NCBI GenBank assembly: GCA_964250225.1
Contig: CAXUEY010000002.1
Span: 17,231-81,230, forward strand
Direction: 5' to 3'
Origin: an uncultured Ktedonobacteraceae bacterium
GTDB taxonomy: Bacteria > Chloroflexota > Ktedonobacteria > Ktedonobacterales > Ktedonobacteraceae
DNA: 64,000 nt
Of the stretch, positions 9,600-18,529 are shown in pieces. Position 1 is the first letter of the stretch; every line of letters starts with the position of its first letter. The notes under the pieces were generated by a model. It made no database searches, was not told the origin of the DNA, and worked only from the letters and a program-made list of their open reading frames with translations. A program made the translations under genes and the position numbers.

Positions 9600-10463
9600 A
9601 TGCCAAATTTCGAGATCGTCAATATTCACGATAGCGCGCTCTGGACAGCGCGCCAGGGACACGGCCCGGCGCTGGTGTGTTGTCATGGCGGACCCGGTTT
9701 GTGGGATTATCTTGAACCTGTGGCTGCAATGGTAGATGATCTGGCGACAGTCTACCGGTACGACCAGCGCTCCTGTGGCCGATCTACGGGCAGCCCTCCC
9801 TACGATGTTGCTACCGCAGTTACTGATCTTGAGGCTCTGCGCGCGCACTGGCAGCTTGAACAATGGACCCTTTTCGGACATTCCTGGGGCGCCACACTTG
9901 CGCTGGCCTACTGTCTCGCCCATCCATCCAGGGTGCGCGCGTTAATCTATCACTCCGGGATAGGCATTGATGCCGCGTGGAAGGCTGAGTATGCACGCAA
10001 TAAAGCTGCGCTGCTGCATCCTGATGAGCAGCGTCAAATTGACGAACTGCGCGCTCAGCTTCCTCTACTCCAGGGCACCGAGTACGATGAGACTGAGCGA
10101 GCATACTGCGAGTTATCCTGGTCTATCGATTTCGCGGACCGCTCGCGAGGTCGCGAATTAGCGCGCCAGCTTTTTGTCTCTGGACAACACATCAATTTCG
10201 AGGTCAACAAGATGTTGGGGCAAGATAGTGATCGCTTCGCCCAGCAAAAGGACATGCCTGAGCAACTGGCAAACCTGCACATCCCAACGCTCGTCATTCA
10301 TGGGGCGCTTGATCCTCGTTCTGCGCGCTTCGCTCGCCATCTCGCAGCATGCATCCCATCTGCCATTTACATAGAAATACCCAACGTGGGACATATGGCA
10401 TGGATCGAACAGCCTGAACGCACGCGTGAGATTCTGCGGGCATTTCTTGAACGGATACTGTAA
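9600..10463 (+). CDS. Alpha/beta hydrolase, proline iminopeptidase-like (S33)
   Basis: 'CCHGGPG' oxyanion motif, nucleophile elbow 'GHSWGA', and a C-terminal 'NVGHMAW' His. Confidence 0.85.
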   Translation: MPNFEIVNIHDSALWTARQGHGPALVCCHGGPGLWDYLEPVAAMVDDLATVYRYDQRSCGRSTGSPPYDVATAVTDLEALRAHWQLEQWTLFGHSWGATLALAYCLAHPSRVRALIYHSGIGIDAAWKAEYARNKAALLHPDEQRQIDELRAQLPLLQGTEYDETERAYCELSWSIDFADRSRGRELARQLFVSGQHINFEVNKMLGQDSDRFAQQKDMPEQLANLHIPTLVIHGALDPRSARFARHLAACIPSAIYIEIPNVGHMAWIEQPERTREILRAFLERIL

Positions 10464-10521
10464 TATCTATGCCATTGGCAGAGAGTATCATTTTCACTGT
10501 ATTCAAGGGGAAACAAATTTT

Positions 10522-10968
10522 ATGAGCATACGCTTACGCTGCTATCATCCCAACGACCTGGAGCCTGTTGTGCAACTCTGGTATTGGTCATGGCATAGCG
10601 CGTTTCCCGATCTCCAGCATCCACAAACCTTCCAGCAATGGAAAGAGCGTTTGCAAGATGAGATTGTACCAAATGAGCAGGTATGGATCGCGGAAATATC
10701 CGAACAACTCGTTGGTTTTATAGCGTTACGCGAAAATGGCGGCCACCTGGACCAGATCTTTGTCTCCCCTGAAATGCAGCGTCAAGGGGTGGGTACAGCC
10801 TTGCTGAAAAAAGCGCAAGAGTTGTTACCAGCGGGCATCACGCTGGATACATTGCAAAGGAATAGCCAGGCGCGCCGTTTTTATGAGAAACATGGCTTCC
10901 AACCAGGACGGACAGGGACCAACTCTATCAACGGGCATGCCAATATTACATATCATTGGACGCCTTGA
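10522..10968 (+). CDS. GNAT family N-acetyltransferase
   Basis: Motif A is 'QRQGVGTALLKKA', followed by 'ARRFYEKHGF'. Start ATG 10522 follows AAGGGG. The longer ORF starting at 10426 overlaps the upstream gene. Confidence 0.85.
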   Translation: MSIRLRCYHPNDLEPVVQLWYWSWHSAFPDLQHPQTFQQWKERLQDEIVPNEQVWIAEISEQLVGFIALRENGGHLDQIFVSPEMQRQGVGTALLKKAQELLPAGITLDTLQRNSQARRFYEKHGFQPGRTGTNSINGHANITYHWTP

Positions 10969-10973
10969 ATAGC

Positions 10974-12038
10974 TCATGTGCCGCGTCCGGCATCGGTGAA
11001 GCTGCTCGTGAAGATGCTGAGCACCTGGCCGGGATCGGGCGCGCTTAGCACCTCGATATGGGTGATCCATTTGACCCACTCAAAACCGCGCCGACCAGGG
11101 GCAACCAGGCGCAAAGGGAAACCGTGGTCATAGGAGAGAGGCTCTAGTTCTGTATGGGTCGCCAACAGTGCTCCGCGCGCTTCCTGTAATGGCAAGCTCC
11201 AGCGGTAGCCTGTCACCGAGATAAAACTCACGTAGCGCGCATCTGCGTGAGGGTGAAGCGTGTCAAGCAGGCGTCCTATGCGCATGCCCCGCCAGTGCTG
11301 GGTGCTATAAAAGCCACCGGTACAATCCAACGTCGCCTCTAATTCATCATCTGCCGCAGCAAGTTCGTCGTAGGTGAAAGAACGCGATGTAGATACAGCG
11401 CCTCCAACTGAGAGTCGCCAGGTCTGTGCATTCAGCGGACGCGGTTGGTCAGCGACCCAGCTTGAAGAGGGGAACGCGTTGCCTGCATAGCTACCACTTT
11501 CGTATGAGCCGCTGAAACGTCGTCGTGAGCCGGGCAGTTGCAGCACACGCTCAGCCAGTTGTTGCCCCGGCCAGAGCACTATGCCACCCAGCAGTAACGT
11601 GCCAAAATGCAACGCGCGTCGCCTGCCCACAATATCGCGTTTGCGCAGGCGTTTGGCACGCGCAAGCATGTGGATGACAATGGCCAGCGTCAGCACAAAA
11701 CCGAGCAGAATATGCCAGTTTAACAGGTTCAGTCCAGCAAAGAAGAACCAGACGCCGCCCCCTGCCCACCAGATACCTGAGCCAATCACGGCGCTGGCAA
11801 AGAGCAGCGCCGACGTTCCATAGATAGTACGGCGGTCCCAGCGCCGGGGAGTAATCAGGCGTGGCCAGACACGGCGCAGCTTGCCCCACATAAGCAGGAG
11901 GAGCCAGAAGCCCGCGATGCCATGCAATGTGAAGATCAGCCACTCTTCCAGGTGGCCGCTAATCAGGCTGAACAGACCCGTTACAAAGGCGATAACAGCA
12001 GCCAGGGCCAGGCTCCAATCAGTAAGACGCGGCGACAT
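10974..12038 (-). CDS. Molybdopterin-dependent oxidoreductase (sulfite oxidase/MsrP-YedY fold) fused to an N-terminal multi-TM domain
   Basis: The C-terminal half has 'TLDCTGGFYS' (Mo-ligand Cys context) and 'FPLRLVAPGRRGFEWVKWITHIEV'. The N-terminal ~150 aa has 4-5 TM segments with His residues (LHGIAGF, NWHILLGF, VIHMLA). Confidence 0.8.
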   Translation of the reverse strand: MSPRLTDWSLALAAVIAFVTGLFSLISGHLEEWLIFTLHGIAGFWLLLLMWGKLRRVWPRLITPRRWDRRTIYGTSALLFASAVIGSGIWWAGGGVWFFFAGLNLLNWHILLGFVLTLAIVIHMLARAKRLRKRDIVGRRRALHFGTLLLGGIVLWPGQQLAERVLQLPGSRRRFSGSYESGSYAGNAFPSSSWVADQPRPLNAQTWRLSVGGAVSTSRSFTYDELAAADDELEATLDCTGGFYSTQHWRGMRIGRLLDTLHPHADARYVSFISVTGYRWSLPLQEARGALLATHTELEPLSYDHGFPLRLVAPGRRGFEWVKWITHIEVLSAPDPGQVLSIFTSSFTDAGRGT

Positions 12039-12394
12039 ATAAAGCTACCCTTTTAAACTCCTACATTGGTTTGCGGTTGACACTGCTGGAAATGGTGTGA
12101 GCCGTAAGCCCTCACAAAAACAGTCGTGAGCCTATTATACGTTATTTGCAAGGACTTTTGCTGGCTCGTCAGCAATCGTCGCGAGCGTTCCAGAAACCCA
12201 TCCTGAATGAGAGCACCTATGGCTGGTCCTCTTTTCTGCAATAATCGCGTCATCCACCTCAATTTTCCGCGATTATTTAGCTGGTAGCTTCGTTTCAGTT
12301 ATAGAGAGTCCATTATTGAGTGGTATTTGCAAAGAATACCACCCCCTTTACTCCCTGGTGAATATATTAGTGCATATAAATCACCATTTTAAAG

Positions 12395-13987
12395 ATGGAA
12401 GAGCAAACTATGAATTTAGTATCTTCAGCGCCACATATCAATCGTCGAACGTTTCTTGCGCTCTCAGGATTGGGATTAACCAGCCTGCTGGCCTCTTGTA
12501 ACGGTTCCTCAGCGCCCACCACTGCGGTAACTCCTACTGTACATCCCACCCTTACTGAAGCCGATTGGTCGAAACTCGCCAGTAGCTTACATGGGAGCTT
12601 GATTCGCTCAAATACCCCTCGCTATGCCGCTGCTCAAAAACTCTTCAATACACGCTTTGACAGCATCCTGCCACTGGGGATTGCCTACTGTACCTCGCCT
12701 GCCGATGTGCAAAGCTGTCTCGCCTTCGTCCGGCGCTTTCATTTACCGATAACGATGCGATCTGGGGGGCATTCATACGCGGGCTACTCCACCACAACTG
12801 GCCTCATTGTTGATGTCACGCCGATGAATCAAGTAATGGTCGATACTGACAATGGCACTGCTACCGTAGGGGGAGGCGCGCATTTGATCGATGTGTATTC
12901 AGCTCTTGCTCCACATGGGGTAATGATCCCTGCGGGTTCATGCGCAACAGTGGGCATCGCAGGATTGACATTGGGTGGGGGAGTTGGAGTGTTGGGCCGC
13001 AAGTTTGGCCTGACGTGTGACAATCTGCTCTCCGCGCAAGTGGTGCTGGCGAACGGAGATCTGCTGACCTGCGATCAGCACACGCATGCCGATCTTTTCT
13101 GGGCCTTGCGTGGCGGTGGTGGTGGCAATTTCGGCGTTGTAACCTCATTCACCTTCGGCGTTCATCCAGTCTCGCAACTCTCACTCTTTACTCTGAACTG
13201 GCCCTGGACCCACGCCGCCGACGTTGTGGATGCCTGGCAGCATTGGGGGCCGCAGAACCCTGATGAGCTCTGGTCCAATTGTCTGCTCTTAGGAACTGAG
13301 AACAAGCAATTTACACCGTCTATACGCGTGACTGGCGTGTATATTGGCACTTCTTCAGCCCTGCAGCCTTTCCTGCAACAGTTGATTAGCCAGGTCGGGA
13401 TTCCCCCTACAACCAGCTATGTCTCTACCGATCCCCTGCTCGAAACGATGCTGATTGAAGCTGGCTGTTCCAGTGAGAGTGTAGCAGCCTGCCACCTGCC
13501 CAGTCAGAATCCACAAGGTCGTCTCAGCCGTGACACCTCAAAAGCCAAATCCGATTATATTACGAACCTGCTCCCACGCTCAGCCATCAACGTGCTGGTG
13601 AACGCGATAGCTGCCCGTCAATCTTCTGGAACCCTCAGCAACGGCGGCATCGGCATGGATGCGTATGGAGGGGCGCTCAATCGGGTCGCAGCCGATGCCA
13701 CCGCCTTCGTACATCGCGATTCTTTGTTCTCCATTCAATATACGGCAAGCTGGAACGCGTCAGATCCAGCTTCGGTGGTGACAGCCAACGAGACCTGGCT
13801 CCAGCAAACATGGCAGGCGATGCGTCCCTACGCGAGCGGTAGCGCGTATCAGAATTACATTGATCCGGATCTGACCAACTGGCAACAGGCCTACTATGGC
13901 ACAAACCTGCTGCGTCTCCAACAGGTCAAAAAGGCATATGATTCGAATAATCTCTTCCACTTTGCGCAGAGCATTGCGCCAATGTAA
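12395..13987 (+). CDS. Secreted FAD-binding oxidase with BBE (berberine-bridge-like) C-terminal domain
   Basis: Tat-like 'NRRTFLALSGLG' signal, FAD_binding_4 'RSGGHSYAGYS', and a BBE tail 'YQNYIDPDL..W..AYYG.NLLRLQQVKKAYDSNNLFHFAQSI'. Confidence 0.9.
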   Translation: MEEQTMNLVSSAPHINRRTFLALSGLGLTSLLASCNGSSAPTTAVTPTVHPTLTEADWSKLASSLHGSLIRSNTPRYAAAQKLFNTRFDSILPLGIAYCTSPADVQSCLAFVRRFHLPITMRSGGHSYAGYSTTTGLIVDVTPMNQVMVDTDNGTATVGGGAHLIDVYSALAPHGVMIPAGSCATVGIAGLTLGGGVGVLGRKFGLTCDNLLSAQVVLANGDLLTCDQHTHADLFWALRGGGGGNFGVVTSFTFGVHPVSQLSLFTLNWPWTHAADVVDAWQHWGPQNPDELWSNCLLLGTENKQFTPSIRVTGVYIGTSSALQPFLQQLISQVGIPPTTSYVSTDPLLETMLIEAGCSSESVAACHLPSQNPQGRLSRDTSKAKSDYITNLLPRSAINVLVNAIAARQSSGTLSNGGIGMDAYGGALNRVAADATAFVHRDSLFSIQYTASWNASDPASVVTANETWLQQTWQAMRPYASGSAYQNYIDPDLTNWQQAYYGTNLLRLQQVKKAYDSNNLFHFAQSIAPM

Positions 13988-14077
13988 ATCTCTAGTATAG
14001 AGCTTCGTATGAATAGCATGAACCCTCATCAAGCTGTACAAGGGCCAATCGGTCAATAGCTCAAGTTATCCTACAGC

Positions 14078-14111
14078 GGTGTACAGAAGGTATTGAAGCC
14101 TTCTGTACACC
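14078..14111. terminator. 13-bp hairpin between convergent genes (possible bidirectional terminator)
   Basis: GGTGTACAGAAGG (14078-14090), an 8-nt loop, then CCTTCTGTACACC (14099-14111). It lies between the 13987 (+) and 14115 (-) gene ends. No clear U-tract. Confidence 0.4.
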
Positions 14112-14114
14112 GTC

Positions 14115-14537
14115 CTAAGCTGCGCGCATTTCATATGTCTCCAGATCCTGGCCTATGCGCCGGAGATAGATCTCAACGCCTGCGAGCCACCCCTTGAGGT
14201 CCAGAACCAGGTACTCAACGGCGTCGCTTGCAAGGCTGGGACACACCTTCAATTGGCCGCGTTTCTGCAAACGAAACACCTGTTCCTCGCCTGGGTCGAT
14301 GATCCCCAGCAGGTGATAGTTGTGGTAAACGCGCCAGGAGATTGCTGTGTTATTCACGACAATCAATTCTTCGTCGTCGCCTGACATGGCCAGTTTGACA
14401 CGGTGGCGCGTTCGTGTAAACCAGCCATCCGAGCGCTGTGGTTTGATCTGCGTGTGTGCATGATCGGGCGTATCAGGCAACTCAATCTCTGGTATTAACT
14501 TCACCGCCATATGCTTGCTCACTCCTTTGAGGTACAT
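14115..14537 (-). CDS. Hypothetical protein
   Basis: 140-aa ORF downstream of the sigma/anti-sigma pair on the same strand. No family recognised. An alternative start is at 14510. Confidence 0.5.
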   Translation of the reverse strand: MYLKGVSKHMAVKLIPEIELPDTPDHAHTQIKPQRSDGWFTRTRHRVKLAMSGDDEELIVVNNTAISWRVYHNYHLLGIIDPGEEQVFRLQKRGQLKVCPSLASDAVEYLVLDLKGWLAGVEIYLRRIGQDLETYEMRAA

Positions 14538-14675
14538 GGATATAGACTAACTCATCCTACAAATGAAAACGCTCCGTATTACTTCCACTCATGCGATACG
14601 CTTCATCTCGCTACAAAATTGTCCGCATCATTTCCCGCGTGCAACTCGCTCCACTGTGATCGAAAACGAGATTAG

Positions 14676-15491
14676 TCAACCCACCAGCGTCAGATGTTTA
14701 TCCGTGTCTGGAATTGGGGTGCCGCAGACGCGTGCGATTCGTTCAGCCAGCGACGGCTCGCCCCAACCTGGTCGGCGGTGTGTATGACCACGCTCAGCCA
14801 GCAGGTGCAGACCGCAACACATCTGCTCGCGTCCCAACCACTGCACAGCCTGGCAATCCGCGCGCAAGGTCACGACACGTCGCTGCCAGGTGAGCAAGCA
14901 ACTTCCAGCCACGCAGCAGGCCAGGGCGGCCAGCAGCAACCAGAACATCCTGCGTTCAGCGTTCGCCAGGGGTAGCGCGGCCACGGCCAGCAGCAGTCCA
15001 CAGGCGAAGAGGATACGCGGGAGCACAAAAAGCGCGCGGGAAGCAACGGTGCAACGAGCCAGACCTGCCGCCAGCAGCACTTCTAACTCCAATTGCTGCA
15101 ATGTTTGCTGCTCCGGCAAGACCAGCCGGACCTGCCCACGTCCGAGGGGCGACGTGTACACACGCGGCTGCTTGAGCCGAGGTGTCCGGGAACAGCGCAG
15201 GTTTGGTTGGGGGCGGCGATGGTCTGCCTGCACCAGCAGTTCGGTAAACACTGCCTGAAGATGAGCCGGAACCGCCTGTCTGCTCCCTGCACGCGCAAAT
15301 CCTGGCCAGGAGACGCGACGTTCATAGCTCGACGCGCGCTGTGTCACATCTAATTGAGCACGCACCTGGAGCCACGCGGCCTCTGGTAGCACACGCGGGG
15401 GCAACGCCGGTCCATAGTAGGCAGCCAGGCGCTCGTCTATGTCCTGATAGCGTGATTTTTCGGCCCCGGCACAAGCTTTTTTCTCATACAT
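14676..15491 (-). CDS. Membrane protein co-transcribed with an ECF sigma factor; candidate anti-sigma with a degenerate M48-like scaffold
   Basis: The ATG lies 3 nt after the sigma stop (..AAGGGAG TAG GCT ATG). It has two TM segments. 'ELEVLLAAGLAR' sits where M48 peptidases carry 'ELxAVLAHELxH', and the tail 'LRADCQAV..LG...GLHLL....EPSLAERIARV' resembles the M48 C-terminus. Confidence 0.55.
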   Translation of the reverse strand: MYEKKACAGAEKSRYQDIDERLAAYYGPALPPRVLPEAAWLQVRAQLDVTQRASSYERRVSWPGFARAGSRQAVPAHLQAVFTELLVQADHRRPQPNLRCSRTPRLKQPRVYTSPLGRGQVRLVLPEQQTLQQLELEVLLAAGLARCTVASRALFVLPRILFACGLLLAVAALPLANAERRMFWLLLAALACCVAGSCLLTWQRRVVTLRADCQAVQWLGREQMCCGLHLLAERGHTHRRPGWGEPSLAERIARVCGTPIPDTDKHLTLVG

Positions 15492-15494
15492 AGC

Positions 15495-16052
15495 CTACTC
15501 CCTTTCTTCCAGCAAACACACGCGCAGCCGCTCCCGCGCGCGATTCAGACGCGACTTGACCGTACCTACCGGCCAGCCCAGCACTTGCGCGATCTCTCCC
15601 TCGGTCAGATCAGCCCCATAGCGTAGCGCGATCACGCGCCGCTGATCGGCGTTGAGATGTGCCAGAGCTATACGCAGTTCCTCACGATCAGCCACCAGTT
15701 CTTGTGGATCGCGTTCGGACAGGCCGGGTTTGCGTGCCAGAGCTTCCTGAGCTACCGGTGAAAGCGACTGGAGATAGACGCGCTGTCGCTCCATCACATC
15801 CAGGGCATGGCGATACACAATGCGCATCAACCACGGGCGAAACGGCAGCCCCACCTGGAAACGCGGCAGGCCGCGCCAGGCCAGCAAAAATGCCCCCTGG
15901 GTGATATCTTCGGCCAGGCTTATATGATGACAGAGACGCAGAGATCCAGCCATCGCCACACTATGGTGCTCATCCCACAACTGGCGAAACGCTTCCTGGT
16001 CCCCCTGCCTGGCTCGCTCGATCAGCGCATCTTCGCAGTTCAGCACGGCCAC
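15495..16052 (-). CDS. ECF-type RNA polymerase sigma-70 family factor
   Basis: Region 2 ('AFRQLWDEH...', 'RPWLMRIVYRHALD') and region 4 ('LRYGADLTEGEIAQVLGWPVGTVKSRLNRARERLR'). The start is GTG 16052 or GTG 16046. Confidence 0.9.
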   Translation of the reverse strand: MAVLNCEDALIERARQGDQEAFRQLWDEHHSVAMAGSLRLCHHISLAEDITQGAFLLAWRGLPRFQVGLPFRPWLMRIVYRHALDVMERQRVYLQSLSPVAQEALARKPGLSERDPQELVADREELRIALAHLNADQRRVIALRYGADLTEGEIAQVLGWPVGTVKSRLNRARERLRVCLLEERE

Positions 16053-16072
16053 TCCTTTCTTCGCTAACTCAT

Positions 16073-16100
16073 GTACGGTCAGAGAGGGAGAAAAGGTTCC
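16073..16100 (-). promoter_or_regulatory. Candidate ECF-type autoregulatory promoter (GGAAC-N18-CGTAC)
   Basis: The minus strand reads GGAACC(16100-16095)-TTTTCTCCCTCTCTGAC-CGTAC(16077-16073), about 20 nt upstream of the sigma start. The spacer is 1-2 nt longer than the usual 16-17. Confidence 0.3.
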
Positions 16101-16115
16101 GTCTAAAACATCTTC

Positions 16116-17339
16116 TTACTGTTTATAAACTTCTGCCAACATAGCATCAGCCCATTGTTGGCGATACGCTCCATAGCCAACATCATTCGGATGAACATCG
16201 TCGGAAGCAATCAAGTCCTGATGGCTCTGGAAAAAAGTCCACAAGTCCGGGCCGTGAATGATTTGAGGAAAGGCAGTATACAAGGCAGCGATCTGGGCAT
16301 TAAAAGCCGGTCCACATTTCTGAATATTGGCGGTTCTCCCCCAGCTTATGTACGGCACCACTGGGATTTTTCCTGCACTGAGCACATCATTTACCATTGT
16401 GACATAATTGTTATAAAAAGTGGCGGGATCAGCACAACTCGCCGCTTCTTTGATGCCAAAATCGAGCCCGACATATTTCCCAGGAAACAGACTCAGCCAC
16501 GTATTCAAATAATTGACGCCATCGGCACTCGTTAGATAAGCAACGCCTCCGTTTTCTTGCACAGGGTAATGATTGGGAGCTTTCGTGTTAATCAACTGTG
16601 CAAAGGCCGCTACTCCATTGATTGTTTGATGTCCCATTCCCCCCGCAGTGATAAAATCGCCAAAGAAGATCCAATCATCCTGGAGAGCGGGGCGAGCATC
16701 GTATACATCCATATTGAGGTTAGCATCCTCATTCAAGGTAGACCCATCAATTGCAGTGATATTGATGCGTATCCAATTGTATCCTTTCATATCGACGACA
16801 TGCTGACGTGAATGATAATGGTTCCCCTGCACCGTAACGAGCGAGATCCATCCTATATCCGGAGTCGGACCTCCACCTGGTGCCGCATTCACATCAATGG
16901 TGTAATCCTCTGGCAAGTTATACGCAGGGTAATGCTCAATGGTATGGTCATAATTGCCTGATTCATCGTTATACCAGGCAACGAGCACCTTGCTTCGTTG
17001 CTCCGCAGGCACCTGGGAGAGATCATAAGCCAACCAGGCAGGCGCGCCTTGTGATCTCCATGCTATATCATAGGTAGCACCGTTCGCATCAAATGCCGGA
17101 TGAATGCTTGTCGAGGCAAATGCAGGTACATTGCGGCTGATGAGCGATCCGAACTGCGCACCTGGCTGGCCAGGCAAGGGTGTGGCACTCTGATCAGACA
17201 AGAGGGGAGATTTGCCTGTAGATGGTTGGCCTGGATTCAGTTTCGCCAATATTCCCAAACCAGGAAATAGCAGGATGAGCAGAATGATGGCGATAGCCGC
17301 CAACGCAATGACAAAGCGTTTTTTCATAGACAACCTCAT
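16116..17339 (-). CDS. Secreted protein: discoidin/CBM32-like N-domain plus SGNH-hydrolase-like C-domain lacking the GDS serine
   Basis: Signal anchor 'KKRFVIALAAIAIILLILLF'. 'APAWLAYDLSQVP...VLVAWYN' is discoidin-like. The SGNH block V 'DDVHPND' is present, but block I reads 'FFGDFITAG' (Phe codon at 16653-16655) instead of GDS. Confidence 0.65.
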   Translation of the reverse strand: MRLSMKKRFVIALAAIAIILLILLFPGLGILAKLNPGQPSTGKSPLLSDQSATPLPGQPGAQFGSLISRNVPAFASTSIHPAFDANGATYDIAWRSQGAPAWLAYDLSQVPAEQRSKVLVAWYNDESGNYDHTIEHYPAYNLPEDYTIDVNAAPGGGPTPDIGWISLVTVQGNHYHSRQHVVDMKGYNWIRINITAIDGSTLNEDANLNMDVYDARPALQDDWIFFGDFITAGGMGHQTINGVAAFAQLINTKAPNHYPVQENGGVAYLTSADGVNYLNTWLSLFPGKYVGLDFGIKEAASCADPATFYNNYVTMVNDVLSAGKIPVVPYISWGRTANIQKCGPAFNAQIAALYTAFPQIIHGPDLWTFFQSHQDLIASDDVHPNDVGYGAYRQQWADAMLAEVYKQ

Positions 17340-17518
17340 ACATATTTCCTTTCAGAATCTTTGCGAAAATGGAACAAGCAGGACAATCTGCCACGCGCGC
17401 CATTACATGAGCATGCATTGAGCCTGGAAAGCCTTTTTACTCCGATAAACTACTGTAATTCGATTTGACTTTGAAAGAACTGATGGCCTTCGGGTCTCCA
17501 GGCTTTGTCAAAAAACAC

Positions 17519-18529
17519 TCAAGTCTGACCACTACGGATATCAGGATGACTGGCCAGAAGCGAGGCCAATTTCTCTAGTTTTGGCTGTCTGGCCGCAATA
17601 TACTCGGCGCGCAATATCTCAGCTTTCTTCACATACATTTCGTGCTCACGCAACAAGGTTTCTACAGCGTTGGCAATATCCTCTGGTGTATTTTTGACCA
17701 TGATGAAGCCATTAGCAAACCAGCGCCTCTGTTCAGGCAGGTCTGAAACAATGCCTGGTTTGGCCAGAGAAAGCGCTTCAAACGCACCGCAACTTAACGT
17801 TGTAATCATAGTCGCTAAAATCATCACACCTTGTACATTCTGTAAAAGCCCGTTATAGGCGCTTCCTCGCAAAAAACCTGTCAGGATAATATTCTCCGGC
17901 TTATTTGCGAGCAGTTCGCCTGTCATACCTTCTGTAGAGCCAGTCACATAGAAGGTCACATCAGGGATTAAACGGGCAGCCTGAAAAATAGCCCCTGCTG
18001 GTTCATCTAGTGCAAAGGCGCTGATCACAGCGATACTCTTGTCACTCTGGACAGCCACTTCGTTGGAAGCTGCGCTTAAATCGGGCAACCCATCGGGCAA
18101 AAAAATGGAATGTGCCCGCCATTGCGCGAGATATCTCTGAGCATCCTCATTACAGAGCAGCGACACCACAGCGTTGCGTGCCAGAAGACGCAAGAGTGGA
18201 AAGGCCCACTGCCAGCGACGATTATAAAAGGTGCTGGGATGGCAATCGAGAATATACGAGATCTGTTTTCTTCCTCGTACCTTGCACCAGAGTGCCACTG
18301 CCAGCGGCGCGAAGATTGGCGGCGATTGTACAATCACAAAAGCCGGGCGCTCCTGCTCCAGTAACCGCCAGGTTCGCCAACACTGCACAAGGTAGCGCAG
18401 GGGATTGAGCCAGAACGTCCTCAGACGAGGTTCATAAATAAAGACCAGTTTGGCTTGCAGTTCTCGCGAAACGGTTTCAGCTCGACGTGCATAAGTATAC
18501 CAGACAATGTAGAGAATCTGCGTGTTCAT
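17519..18529 (-). CDS. Glycosyltransferase (GT-B fold, GT4-like)
   Basis: Rossmann-like halves, and 'GAFEALSLAKPGIVSDLPE' resembles the GT4 E-x7-E region. Start ATG 18529 overlaps the upstream stop (ATGA at 18526-18529). Confidence 0.7.
   Translation of the reverse strand: MNTQILYIVWYTYARRAETVSRELQAKLVFIYEPRLRTFWLNPLRYLVQCWRTWRLLEQERPAFVIVQSPPIFAPLAVALWCKVRGRKQISYILDCHPSTFYNRRWQWAFPLLRLLARNAVVSLLCNEDAQRYLAQWRAHSIFLPDGLPDLSAASNEVAVQSDKSIAVISAFALDEPAGAIFQAARLIPDVTFYVTGSTEGMTGELLANKPENIILTGFLRGSAYNGLLQNVQGVMILATMITTLSCGAFEALSLAKPGIVSDLPEQRRWFANGFIMVKNTPEDIANAVETLLREHEMYVKKAEILRAEYIAARQPKLEKLASLLASHPDIRSGQT

Noticed and set aside
12053-12262. 69-aa - strand ORF ending 14 nt upstream of the Mo-oxidoreductase gene
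   Set aside because: Its position is suggestive of a leader gene. However, there is no RBS, no hydrophobic or motif character, and a rare composition, so support is insufficient.
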